Shown here: positions 24,914 through 38,074 of the stretch, in pieces
How the letters are laid out: each line of letters begins with the position of its first letter
Position numbering within the stretch: position 1 is the first letter of the stretch
DNA from: Selaginella moellendorffii
Lineage: Eukaryota; Plantae; Lycopodiophyta
Reading direction: 5' to 3'
Assembly: GCF_000143415.4 (NCBI RefSeq)
Contig: NW_003314263.1
Span: 3,226,041 to 3,290,040, forward strand
DNA length: 64,000 bases
Notes under the pieces: generated by a model
The model's database searches: none
Seen by the model: the letters and a program-made list of their open reading frames with translations, nothing else
What the model was told of the DNA's origin: nothing
Program-made: the position numbers and the translations under genes

Positions 24914-25725
24914 CTCTTCGATGCAATCGTCTAGATCTCAAGTTCTAGAAATCATTCAAAGGTATCTATCTACCTGCATATTCCGATGATCGCAAACCAC
25001 AGTACTCCAGGCTCCGTAAGAATGCATTTCGTTTGCCTGGCTGATTGAAACACACCACTGTCAGAGCTACAAAGGAAAGAAATTCATGAACTCCATAATT
25101 CCACCTGGAAGATGTTGCGAGGGATGAATTGGATACGCCACAACGATTTCCTTGGGAAAATTCCAGCGGAAATCGCTTCTCTTGAGCAGCACAGGCTGCG
25201 GCATTTCGACAATCAGGAATCCTCCGCGCTCTGGATGGAAATCGCCTGTGCTGTAGCGGCGGCACTGCAGTCCCTAATCCAGAATCCGAGCTGAGAGAGG
25301 AGTATCGGAGATGCGCGGCATACGTTCAGCGTACTGGCGCGTGGTAACGCCAGTGCTCAGCCTCGCCATAGCCTGAAACCCTAAATTTCCAGCCCGTTAA
25401 ACCCTAAACCCAAACATGATAGATAAGTTAACTTTAATAAAAAGTGTTACGCTTTAATACAAAAGACAAGAATATTCTCCTTCCTGGCCTGGGACTCTCT
25501 TGGACATCCTGCGAGAAAGAGGCAAAAAGAAAAGAAGAAGAAGCGTGAGATAGCCGATCAAATGAGAGTATACTTACATTGCCCTATCGCTTCCCTCTGC
25601 CTCCTCCATAGTGATCGAAGCTCCAAAATCCCAGGAGCTCGAAACAAAGTAGTGCCAGAGAGCTCTCTTGCAAGAGCCCAGCGAGCTCAAAGTCCCTGCC
25701 TTTCTAGCTCAAGCATCCGATTCCT
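24914..25725 (-). repeat. Module shared with 45223-46015 (telo-box region plus possible first exons, and the 3' end of the RING gene)
   Basis: Both copies start CTCTTCGATGCAATCGTCTAGATCTCAAG, contain AAACCCTAAA motifs and end GCTCAAGCATCCGATTCC. Confidence 0.85.
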
Positions 25726-26144
25726 GCTTTCTCGGCCTTTCAAGCTCTTGGAGCAACGATTCTGCATTCGCTGTCACAGTCTTTATATGCCAGAGTTGAG
25801 AGGCCTCAGGCTGAGACGGACGAGATGGCCATATTTCCAAAGCAAGACGAGGGCAAGGCCGACGTTCATAGCACTGACAAGGAAAACCGAGCAGTAATTA
25901 TGCAAGAAAATGGTAAGCATGGCTCCAATGCGTTTGGAGGCTTGCGGAAAAGAAGGCCAGCACAGTGAAAACGGCAACATAAACAAAGTATTATATGCAC
26001 GAGGGCAGGGCTCGTTTCTTTCTTTCCAGTATATTGGACTTCTTTCAAATAAAAAGTCACATCTTAGATCTGGAAACAAGGTTTTGATACATGCCTAGGC
26101 CGATAAGACTCGATTTCAGGACCAGTGGAAAATTCTTGTTGTGA

Positions 26145-26400
26145 ATCGATTTAATACTATTGACATAGGTGCATTATACCTTCTCAGATCAATGGTATTC
26201 TCTCCTTTAATTCACATAACTACATCATGTATTCTTGGATTTCGTATTTGTATTTTGTATTTCTTCCTCTGTCTTTTAGCATCTTAAAGGCTTTAGCATA
26301 GGGATTTATATCTCGCAATAATATATCTAGCTCCGTCATCACCTCTTTATTACATTTTATGTTATATTGATTTTTCATCCATGCTTTAGTGGCATGTAAT
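26145..26400 (-). mobile_element. Helitron RepHel fragment, copy 2
   Basis: ELDILLRDINPYAKAFKML; paralog of 9745-10015. Confidence 0.7.
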
Positions 26401-27589
26401 GTACATCTCGACACTTCCATGTGTTGGTCCTCTTGTGTCCCTTTTTTAAAGACTCACTTATTGTTTGTTCTTTAAGCACTTTATTGAGAGTTGCACTTCA
26501 AGTCGAGCATTTTTAGTCTAAATGTGTTACTCTTGTTTGGCTTCCACTTCAGCCATTACCACATGGCACCCTTTTGGCTCCACTTTTGGGGCTCTAGAAT
26601 TTGTGTCTCACAAATAGGTGGGGATTGTTATTTCTTTCAAGTGATATATTTGCGAGTATTTTATTTGTCAATTGATGATACTATATTTTTTGAGCTGTCT
26701 TTTGTAAGTTATTTAGCATGCTATTTACAATCATTGGTAGTTAAGCTTTATCATTGAGTTCTTTTGATAATATACTTGCTATTGAATTTTTTTGGATAGT
26801 TAGTACTATAATTTTAACCTTTAATGATTTTAGTGGTTCCTATACATTAATTCTAGTTGATCAAATGATAACTTAATTAGAATACTTTTATTTTCTAATC
26901 TGAGAGTTATTCAATGATAATTTAGTCTTTAAAATATCATTATCTCTGATTTTGATATTATCTATTTATTGATCTTTGTGTTTGGGCCAATATAGGTAGA
27001 CTGATTTCAGCACTTTATGTGTATAGTGAAATATTTAGTCATGAGGTAGCTATTGTAGACTCGTCACATCACCCACCTTTCTCTCTTGATGTTTGTTATT
27101 TTGTATAAAGGGCATGATTGTGTAAACAATTCTAACTGTTTATTTATAATAATTTATATAAACCTTATCAGCAATTTTAGTTTATTTGCTCATGAGTGTT
27201 AAGGCCTCTAGCTTCTCTCTCTATATAACCTATAAATAGGTGTAAGATATAAATCTCTAAGCCCCAAAGTGGAGCCAAAAGGAGGCCATGTGGTAGTAGC
27301 CAAAGCAAAAGTCCAATGAGTGTAACACGTTTGAACCAAAAGCTTCAACTCCTAAACTGGAATTCCCAAAAAATTGCTCAAGGAATGAGTATGAAATGAT
27401 TAGTGAATGAGTCTCTACAAAAGGATATAAGAGGGACTAACACATGGCAAGTATTGTGACACATGGAAGTGTCGGGGCTGAGTTTGAGATGGAGTTTGAG
27501 AAGTAGTTTGAGATGGAGTCTGATAACAAGTTCAAGATGGAGTTTAAGATGGAGTTTGACAAAGAGTCCAAAGTTAAAGTGAATATGGA

Positions 27590-30500
27590 CAAGGCATCAT
27601 ACATTAGCACATTTGGTATCTTCACACCATCGGCTTTACAAGCCTATCTTTACGACACTTCCCATTTGTGTCTAGGTTTTTGTTAAGACCAAAGTAGTCG
27701 TTTCTCATGCTAACTATCAATTAACATTGCACCATGGTATTTATACGCAACTCTATGCCAAAGTTGATTTCTTCCAAGAACACCTTTCCCACGACTTTAG
27801 TATAACACATTCAAGTTAGTGGGTTCATGAGAACCTCTTGCCAAAGGAATCTCAATAGAAATAAGAATTGCATACCCTAAGCTAAAAGGTATGCAGTTAG
27901 AGTGTGGTTTACCATCAATGAGATACCCACTGTTCTCATACTTGGATCTTATGATCCTCCCTGTCCTTCATAGGGTGCAACACACCTCAGTCTAAATGCT
28001 TTTACCAATTTTTTAAGACCATTCCTTGACTCCACTCGAGTCATTCAGCTTTTTGGACTTTGTTAGTTTGATGACCCATAAAATCCTAGCCTCACGGCTA
28101 TTTTTGAGATGTTAATTTATTGGAATACAACTTCTTGTATTCGTGTCTTACTCACAAGAACCACCTTTGTAAGTGTTACTTTGACACTTGATTATTTTTT
28201 CATTCCCTGTAGGCTACCTTTGCCCTTTAGGACTATCCATCCATATGATGATAATACCAACTCATCCTCTAAATACACCTCTAATTCCTTGGGTTTGTTC
28301 CAACATTTATAAAAGGTAGCCACAACTATCATTTCAAGGACTTGTGTCCTCCTCCGTATTTAACCTCCTACAATCATTAACTCTGGTCTCAAATTCATGA
28401 GCACCAGCCCCAACTATATGAGGATAATTTTGTGACTCCTTTATTGTTTTGGAGTCTCTATCTTTTCCGTGATCCCAACTATAGTTGTTTACCACAACTA
28501 CATTAGTTAGTTTGTTAAGTCAAATGGTTATTTAGATTACATCCTCAATTCTTTGAGAAAAATTTATATTGTTCCCAAAATCCCAAAGTTATTCCCTTAC
28601 TGGCCTCTTTCTATCCACCACATTGCGTACAAGTTCACATATGAACTAGAGTGGAAAGCTACGTCCTCCTAACATACTACTTCTCGAGGATAGGCCCAAT
28701 CCTAGAACTTTTTGATGCTAATACAAGAGATGATATACTTGGCCACCAATAAAAGTCAAATTAAGGAATAGCTCTGATACCAAATTGTAAATGACTAAAC
28801 TTTCCATTCTACTTTAGTCACTTAACCACCACTTGAAGGAATCTCATTTATAACTTTCATAAATCCTATTCCAGACTTCAGGCTTGATAGCCCCCAGAAT
28901 GAGATTCATACCACTTAATCTTTGCGTTTGGTCTAAGTGCTCCACGTGTCTGATCCCATGACCGACGCCCAAAGGTACCAACGACATATCAACCCATTAC
29001 GCTAAAACCATACCCATTCACTTTTGTCACACCGGTGATCCAACACCACTTATATCACAGTCCCATCTCTCAAAGACTAAGCCATCCATCCAATAGTGAT
29101 CATCTCAGATCCACTTCTTAACATCGTTAGGATGCCCATAGACATAGGGAATAGCCTTCCCCAATATCCCTTTTTTAGTCCCCACCAAGTCTCTTTTTGT
29201 CCATGGCCATGTTTGCCAACACTGCCACTGGATCAAGGCCCACAAACTCGACCACCAAGTCCCATTGTCCTTTGAGACTTCCTCACTATGTGATTGTATC
29301 CTTGGTCATTACACCAGAGGACTGTTTATCTTCCTTTCCACAATCTAGGACTTTATGATGACATTTTGGAACACTGTGGCCCTACACGAGCCTCATGGGT
29401 ACTCTCCCCACCTTCTACCTTTGGGTGCTCTAGCCATGGGTTTAGAGCAAGGTTTCGTTGAGCCATGCTAGATATCCAAGTAGGTAGTGCCACTTACGCT
29501 TGGACTAGGAGCATTAACCATTTGATCTCCTGGGGGAACTAAAGTTGGCTCTTGAACACTTCACAAGCTTCCCCACTTGACCCAAATAATGAAAAAAGTG
29601 TGGAAACACTAGTAATGAATTGTAAGACTTGATAATTATGAGACAACTAAGCAAAAGGTGCAAAATAATTGATTGGATTGGTAGAAGTTAACTACCCAAG
29701 ACTTCTTATGGGGATAAAAAGGTTAAATATACCCCTCCGAGGGATAAATTGCTTATGTTTAGATATAGTCAAGAGGAGAATAACTAAAGGGAAAGCATAG
29801 TGCCACAAATAAGTAGGGAAGGTGAAATATTCCTATGGTTCGTGTTAGAGATCTTGTTTTTGTGTGAGTGATCTTTACAACCATTGGTATAGTATCTCTA
29901 TGGCAAAAAACATAGCAGTAAAAGGAGCAACTGTGGGTCATAGTGGATCAATTAACAAAGTAGATGTGGTTGTTGGCTCTTCAGAAGACTATTATTGTTT
30001 TAGATTTGATTACAGTTTACTTGGAGAAGGTCTTTCTTGATTTAATTTGTTGGAGGACATTGTTAGTGATTGAGATTCAAAGCTCACTAATGGATTTTTT
30101 AAGAGCTTTGTAAGGGTTATGCAAGTGACTTTAAAACTCTCAAGTGGAGATCATCTTCAAATGGATAAATAGACCAGGTGTGTGAATTAGGTGGTATAGG
30201 ATATGCTACACTTTGCACTGGTTAAAGCCAAAAACAATGGAATCTATATTTTTATTGGTGTAATTTGTATATAATAATAGTCAGTATATTGGAGCCAAGA
30301 TAAGTCCTTACTTTGCCAAAGCATCCCCAAACATCATTGGAGTTGGTTGGGATGGCATTTGAACATGAGAAGCTTGATTCAAAAGCAACTAATATAGTTA
30401 TAAAACTTGATAAAATTCTAGTGGTGTGTAAACATAATTTATATGCAACTTAGAACATGGCAAAGAAATTTGCAAATGAGTATTGCCAATTTTGAAAATA

Positions 30501-31050
30501 TAAGTTGGGAAATCTCATCTTTGTGTGAGTGATCTTTCCTTCAAGTGAGTGATGAAACACCTTAGTGCTTTTATGAAGTGGGAAGAGTGATACACTTTCT
30601 CATAAATGTGCTAATTCATATGAAGTGTTGGAGTGCATTGGTAAAGTGGCTATGATTGTTAGCTAGGGTGAATATTCATCTAGTATTTTATGTTAGCCAG
30701 TTCAAAGATGTACTATCTCAAAGTGAAGGGCCCAATGACTCCTTGATGTATGGATGTTGAACCAAGAACTTAAATAGAGTTCTTGAGAAAGATCCTTGGA
30801 ACAAGTCCTTTTGTTAAGGGGAAGAATTGTTAGGTGTCAATTTTGACATGTAATCAATGTGGATCAAAAGTAAGCTCAAAGATATATTAAGGTATGGACT
30901 TAGGGTAAGGAACTTAACCCTATCTTAAGGGCCCATAGTGGCAACAGTGGTGCAGTAGAGCTTTTGGCTTGGGGGTGGTTGGGTGGTGAGGAACTTCAAA
31001 AGGAGGCATAGCTTAGTTTAGGTGAGGTTAGGCATTTTTGTTTTTATTAT
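27590..31050. mobile_element. Decayed gypsy element, copy 2, with internal inversion
   Basis: The PBS appears as GCTCTGATACCA at about 28771 (minus strand) while the integrase remnants and PPT (about 30815) stay on plus. Confidence 0.75.
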
Positions 31051-31958
31051 TTAGCACCAAGTCATAAACAAGCCACAACGTTGTCTTTGTTTTCTGTCTC
31101 TAAAGGGACTGTGGACTACTCTAGTCAAATCATAGCCTTTTTTATCAACATCATGCTGACTAGTCACAGTCAGATTATCATTGTTGACTGATTGTTCAAC
31201 GTCTATGCTGACTGGTTGGCAGAATAGTCACAATTAGTGTACAATGTTGACTAGTCAATGGTTGACCTGCAGCTCTTTAAAGCTACTCAAAAGTCAAGTT
31301 TGAGTGAATTCATGAAAGTTTTTCCTAAGATACTTGGGTACAACCCAATATTTTAGAGTCCTTATGTAACATGCACAATAGCAAGTAACTCCTGCTCAAA
31401 ATTTAAATACCTCTTCTCAGCATCATTAAACTTACAATCTCANNNNNNNNNNNNNNNNNNNNNNNNNNNNNNNNNNNNNNNNNNNNNNNNNNNNNNNNNN
31501 NNNNNNNNNNNNNNNNNNNNNNNNNNNNNNNNNNNNNNNNNNNNTGAGAAGGGTTAAAATAAATAGCACTCCGTGAAAAAGCATGCCCAAACCTTATTAG
31601 GATATGGCTTATTGTCCTCTTAGTGTCCTAACAGTGAACTAAAATAACTAAAATAATAGTGAACTAGCAAGGAATCCAGCTCTGCTGCATAGATAGTAAT
31701 TATGTTTTTTAATATTATCAAGGTAAATAATTTCTTTATAAACTATTTTTTTGTGTACACAATTTTATTTTGCAGGAAACCTTGTCCCTCACATTGTTCT
31801 ACAGACATTTGTGTCTTTGATGTTCCCTTTAAGAGTGCAACATAAAGTTGATAATGGTTGAAAACTTGTCTTGGCAATAATATCTTTATATTGTATAGTG
31901 TTTGTCTTTAGAATTTGTAAATTGTAATAGAAAATGCAAGCTTTATAGAGAACTACTA

Positions 31959-32858
31959 CCATTTTACAATGATTTGCATATCTCCATCTTTTTGGTTTCA
32001 AAGAGATTATTAGTAGAATTTTTTTTTATTTACATATCATTATGTAAAATCTTAACTTCAATAATCTTGGTAAAACCTTGGTTATGATAGTTTATTTGTA
32101 TTAATATTATTATGATACAACTGATTTTTATGTTTAGCTTATGTGAAGGCATTCCAGACGGTGTTACCAAGTTTAAAAGGATAGTCAAGCATCTTCTCAT
32201 TTGATTCTATCTCTACAGTATCAATGCTCTTGTATGTTCTTGTTGCTCATTCTTGAAAGGATTTAGTCATTTACTTGTAAAGAGAGGTCATTTTAAGTTG
32301 TGAGAATAGCCTTTCGAAATAGGCTTAAGTTGCTTGTCTCTATATGTTGTTCAAACTTACTATCTATCAATTGATATAAGTTTCAAGATAATAAGTTCAT
32401 TATACATTCATAACTTGGACAGAGCATGACTTCATAACTTTTTGATAATGAGTGAGCTCTTGATAGAATATCTTGATAAAACAGAAAACTGGAAAACTCA
32501 GCTCTTGAAACTTATATCAATCTCTTTATAAGTAAATGACTAAATCCTTTCAAGAATGAGCAACAAGAAGGTACAAGAGCATTGATACTGTAGAAACAGA
32601 ATCAAATGAGAAGATGCTTGACTATCCTCTTAAAATTGGTAACACTGTCTGGAATGCCTTCACATAAGCTAAACATAAAAATCAGCTGTATCATAATGCT
32701 CTTACATAATATTAACACAAATAAACTATCATAACCAAGGTTTTACCAAACATTATTGAAGTTAAGATTTTACATAATGATATGTAAATAAAAAAAAATT
32801 CTACCAATAATTTCTTTGAAACCAAAAAAATGGAGATATGCAAATCATTGTAAAATGG
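31959..32858. repeat. Long inverted repeat, copy 2 (arms 31959-32285 and 32521-32858)
   Basis: Paralog of 15587-16496. Confidence 0.95.
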
Positions 32859-32931
32859 AGTCATGAGATTCTTACAACTTGCTTCTGAAAGTCTTCATGT
32901 TTTGCCCTTGTGCTTCGCAAATCTGTAGCAG

Positions 32932-33252
32932 TTGTTCCAGAAGATCGAGACATCCCCGGTTTGTGTCTACAACACATCCAAACAGGAACTGGAGGAGATC
33001 ATGAAGAATGGCCGCATGGCTCCGAGCTCGAACCCAATGTATCTGGTGATGGTAGTGCTGGATGTGAAGATCGTGAGTAGCATGTGCAACTCCAGCAAGG
33101 TTCTCATCACTATTAACTTCCAGAAAGCTTGCAAGGACAGGAGCATCGAGTATTACATGTCAGAGAATGGCTTGATCTTCAGCAGTGGCTCCATACGGGT
33201 CAAGTACTTCAAGCAGGTGGTGGAACTGCCAAGCAACAAATTGCTGCTCTAG
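32932..33252 (+). CDS. Divergent Tpt1/KptA-like exon, copy 2
   Basis: Open frame nearly identical to copy 1 (one L>P change seen). Confidence 0.6.
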   Translation: MFQKIETSPVCVYNTSKQELEEIMKNGRMAPSSNPMYLVMVVLDVKIVSSMCNSSKVLITINFQKACKDRSIEYYMSENGLIFSSGSIRVKYFKQVVELPSNKLLL

Positions 33253-33507
33253 CTCCGGCCAAGGGCCTCGGTTCTTAAGAGTAGTTAGATCTTTTCTCAA
33301 GTATTGGAACGAATCTATAAGAAAGTTTTCTAGATATTTAATTTAATCAATCAGTCCTCGTTTGGCTAAAAAAAAAAACAAAAGATAAGAGAAAACACAT
33401 CCTCATACCATAAGCTACTCTTCCACTGGGATCGTCCCCTTCTTGCTCACGTAGATACCATCCAAGTCCTTGTCATCCTTATGTCGCCCTTGCTCTTTTA
33501 AATGTAG

Positions 33508-33839
33508 ATTCAATTGAGATTCTTTTCGGGCTTAATGGTGGAGATGAAGACACGTGGGAAAAACAGTTGAGAGTGGAATTTTTTTTATTTTTTTAGGGTA
33601 AACCAGTTTTTTCGATGGTAAACCCATTTTTTTGAAGCATTTTTTCCAGGAGCGCTTATGTAATTCAGCATTTCACCGCAGTTGCACGTTCGCTGCTCTC
33701 ATCAACCAGGACAGTCTGCAGATATTCTGGAGGAATAAGGCAGTTACAAGGAAGAAGATTCGGGGGAGAGTGTCGAAAAAACTGGTTTACTCTTAAAAAA
33801 AAAACATTCCACTCTCAACTGTTTTTCCCACTTGTCTTC
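33508..33839. mobile_element. MITE/foldback-like element, copy 2 (outer end of right TIR deleted)
   Basis: Paralog of 17146-17519. Confidence 0.65.
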
Positions 33840-34788
33840 TTTTGCTCTGTTAAATATAGAAGGATGATTAATAAATTTTACAACAAACATGGAAGTATTG
33901 GGTTTTTTGTTGGGTGTTTTCTATCCTGATCGCGCTTGTGCTTGGATTCCTCGTCTAGGGTTTTTATAGCTGGGAGCGATGCTTGCTAGATCGCCAATCG
34001 ATGGAAGGACGGCAGCGCTGGCGCCAATGTATATGCATTTCAGTTGCCAAGGAGGAGCAAAATCTTGGAGCGATGGCGCAGCATCGGCATACACAGCAAT
34101 CTCGTCCTCGCAGTGCAAAATGAAACGAAGTAAGTTCATCGCCATGGCCGCTCTGGACAATGGACGATGAACAAGGCGCATTGGCATTTCTCTCCCAGCT
34201 CTAGTTTGCAAAGAAGAAAATCGCGATCTTAGCTCATTCCTTTGTTTGCAAGGTCTTGGATCCACGGGCAACTCACGAGTGCTGGGCTTACAAGGTGGTT
34301 CATTTATTTCGCCTTCTTTGCTTGAATGTTTCATTTTATTCCAGCTTAGATCAAAGAACGCTATCGTTTTAGCGATGGTGGAGAGCCTGGAGGAACGGCA
34401 GGACGGCCAATCTAGGCTGCCAGAGGAAATTCTGGTGTGGATGGAGTTATGGTCGTTGTGACGAGGTACCTATCATCGTTTTTCCAAACGAAAGAACAAA
34501 AACTAATTGGAAATCCAGGTACTTTGGTGGAACGAAGCTTTCGTTGGAGCTTATGGAGGAATCGCTGCTGACTGCCTCAAAGACGCACCGACGCACATTG
34601 TGAAAGCAAAGGTTTTCTTATGTAGTTTGGTGTTGTCTACTGACTTGCATCGAGTGTGTAGATCTACCTGGTTCTCAAGCCTGGCTTTGATCATCTTGGA
34701 GATGTGTACCCTCTCCGAAGCATTGGTGTTATTAGTTTCGATCTTTATGTCTGCAACGAATCCAGCTTCAGCTTCAGCTTGCACAAGG

Positions 34789-35106
34789 GTGGCATCAAAA
34801 GAGGAGGCTGTGCGAGTTTCGGGGAAACGTGAAGGAAAAGTTCGGTCCCTGGAGAGAGGAATGGCTATACACGCCGAAGCTGCTAAAGGTGGTGTCGAGT
34901 TGGAGTATTTCGTCGCAAACACGCTGGTGGATTTCTACGTCAAATGTGAGAGCTCGGCAGACGCTCGCAGAGTTTTTGACAAGATGCCACTGCACGATGT
35001 CGTGTCCTGGACGGCGCTGGTGGTGGGCTACGCTGGAAACGGTGAAGGCCAGGCGGCCTTGGGTCTCTTAGAGGACATGCAACGTCGGGGCTGTACACCG
35101 AATGCT
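34789..35106 (+). pseudogene. PLS-class PPR fragment, copy 3
   Basis: Near-identical to copies 1 and 2. Confidence 0.9.
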
Positions 35107-35242
35107 CACTCGAATTCCTTTGAGTGCATTGTTAGAGGGACAAGAAAGCAAACGAGAAGAAATCCTGGCGATCTGTCTCCAGTAAGTGACGATGATCTTT
35201 TTTCTTTCATTCTTTTTTGCTGATGCCTGTGTTTGGTTTCAG

Positions 35243-38031
35243 TGGTGTTTCCCCGACAAAAAAGGTAGCAGCTACCTCTAGAGATGTTTTGCAAGAGAGG
35301 AGCGAGAAGATGGACGTCTCTCCAAAGCAAAGCTTTGAGAAACGAGATGGCGATTCCTCTCGGTGCAACGGCGGCTGAAATGGTTGAAGTGGCTGACAGA
35401 AAATTACCGCCCTTTCAGCACAGTGCGAAGAAGCTACCATGCACTCCTCATGCAAGCGCTGGAAATGGCGGCGATCCCAATCCGAACTGGCTACTCGACA
35501 ACAAGTATGTATCACCAGGAGATAGCTTCTGGGACGAGGCAAAACGCGTCCTTGGGAGCAAGAAGGGTGACTGCTCGGAAGTTAAGTCGCGTATCAACCC
35601 TGACGGCCCGAATTTATTGAACTCTCCGCTACCGGTCGTGTGCTTCGACTTTGCGAGTCATGACAACGTTGGCAAAGAAGCTGCTGCAGCTCCCACTGAA
35701 GAAGGAAAGGCAATCGTGAACGATCCGTCGTCCTCAGTCTCCCGTGAGAAGTTGTCCGATTGGCTTCCGGCTGAATTATGTGAAGGATAGAAGACTGTAT
35801 CAATGGCAGGTAGGCCAATTGTTTGTGATTTTAGTGCCCACTTACAAGAAACTACAGGTTGATTGTCTATGCCTTGATGGAGTTTTGGATGGTGTTTACT
35901 GTGCCTCGACAAGGTATTTAGTTTTCTTTTATGGTAATCCTTAAAACTTTTTGACAGTGCAGGAAAGAGTCTTGTTGCAGAAATTTTAATGTTAAAAAGA
36001 GTGCTGGCGACAGGGAAAATGGCAATGCTGGTTTTACCATATGTTCCTCCAGATACTTCACTTGCAGTTCGTAGCATCAAGAAGCGAACTCACTCATCAA
36101 TAAGGTGGTAGAGGACGGGCGGCTGTCCGAACTAGCAGTCGTAGTTATAGATGAGCTTCATATGGTATGTATACTGACTTCCCAATATCTTTCTTATAAC
36201 AGTCTGGTGCAGGTTGGAGATAAAGAGAGAGGTTAAAGCTACGACATGGGGCCGGTAAAGGTGACTATGAAAGCAGCAGCCCCACTGCAGCGATGCCTAA
36301 TGTAGCAGCTGTTGCATCATGGCTTCAGGTATTGCAATCTTTTATTCAAGTCTTACAGACCATGATGATAATTTGCAGGCTGCATTTTATGAGACTAACT
36401 TTCGCCCGGTTCCTTTAGACGAACACATTAAAGTCATTTACGATACTAGTGTTCGTGCTCTAAGAGCAGGCTCTGAACTTAGCGGCAAGGATCCAGATCA
36501 CATCGTCCATCTGTGGCATGAGGTTACTTTTGTGTTTTGACAAAGACCTTTCATAGGTCTTACTGATTTCAGTTTGTGCCCTTTGTTGTCTAGGTGGTTA
36601 GTAAGGCCATTCTGTGCTTTTGTTTTGTTCAAGTCGTCATGCCTGCGAAACCACTGCCCGACGAGGTACAGGCAAATGGCTGGGAGAGCAGGAAGAGCAG
36701 GGATAGACACGCATGGCGAGAGTGTAAGACTTGTCTCGTTTATGTATTCTGAAATTTGCCGAATGTTGGTTTTGCAGATATTAATCTGTAAAAGTGAGGA
36801 GCTTCCCATTCTGAAAGAAGGTTGTCAACCGTTGCAGTCATATCTCGCCGAGGAAAAGAATGGAATGATGAGAGCTCGTTTTGGAGGTGGGCACAGGATG
36901 TCAACCGCTCTGCACCCTTCTCAACTCTACACAGCCTTTTGATGACGTCGTGAAGTCTGCTCAAGATTCTTTGCTGTGCCACAAGCGACTGATAGAGTGG
37001 GATCAGGAGTTACAGATCTACAAAATAAGTCCATTAGGAAAAGCAGTGTTTGGCAGTTCGCTCAGCCCGGAAGAATGCTTGGTACGTTCTCGCCCGCTTT
37101 TGCTGGCAATGACGAATTTTAATTATGCGGATGCAGGTTGTCTTTGAGGATCTTGCTAAAGCCCCTGATAGTTTTGTTTTAGCGTCGGATTTGCACCTTG
37201 TTTACGAGGTTACTCCTATTCACATGAAGCGTGTGTATTGACGCTTTTTTGTGGCTCTTATATTGTCCAAGCTTGTTCAGGTATGTATGGTCGACCTTTG
37301 TTCCATAATACTGAAGTTTCGCCACTAGGAAGTGCCGCTAATGGACGTCTGCAGTACGTTCAAGGTGCCGAGGGGCACCGTGCAAGCTCTTCGATTGTTT
37401 TACCTTTGTTTTATGTTTTCACAGGCTGCACGAGCTAGATGTTTATACAAAGCGGGCTTACGAACAGTTGAAGCTGTAGCTGAGGCTACAATTCCTGAAC
37501 TTGCAAACGCGCTGCGTGATTCTTCATTCAAAGAACATGCAGGTTGGCTTCTCTTATATGCTTTTACTGGCAAGCTTTTTGTAATAGATGCTGGTAAGCA
37601 GCAGTGGATGTACGCTGCAGCGGCAAAGAAAATAAGAAACGGAGCAAGGAGAATTGTCCTGGATCGAGCAGAAGAGGTGCGAATAGCTGCTTTCTCGGCC
37701 TTTCAAGCTCTTGGAGCAACGATTCCGCATTCGCTGTCACGGTCTTTATATGCCAGTGTTGAGAGGCCTCAGGCTGAGACAGACGAGATTGCCATATCTC
37801 CAAAGCGAGACGAGGGCAAGGCCGACGTTCATAGCACTGACAGTTGGATTGGATGACAGCAAGAAAATGGTAACCATGGCTCCAATGCGTTTGGAGGCTT
37901 GCGGAAAAGAAGGCCAAGGACCCGATCTTGCTGCTGTGACATCTTAGATCTGGAAACAAGGTTTTGATACATGCCCAAGCCAATAAGACTGCTTCGCGAT
38001 TTCAGGACCAGTGGAAAATTCTTGTTGTGAA
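35243..38031 (+). pseudogene. POLQ: POLQ/TEBICHI helicase-region pseudogene, copy 3 (extra deletions)
   Basis: Premature stop at about 35790 and deletions near 36045 and 36235 relative to copy 2. Confidence 0.9.
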
Positions 38032-38074
38032 CATCATCTTTAATTCAAAAAACTGCTACTTTGATCTAATACTA

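Noticed and set aside
34507-35223. 238-aa ORF fusing upstream sequence to PPR motifs
   Set aside because: Non-ATG start, reads through apparent introns, and is open only through indels private to copy 3.
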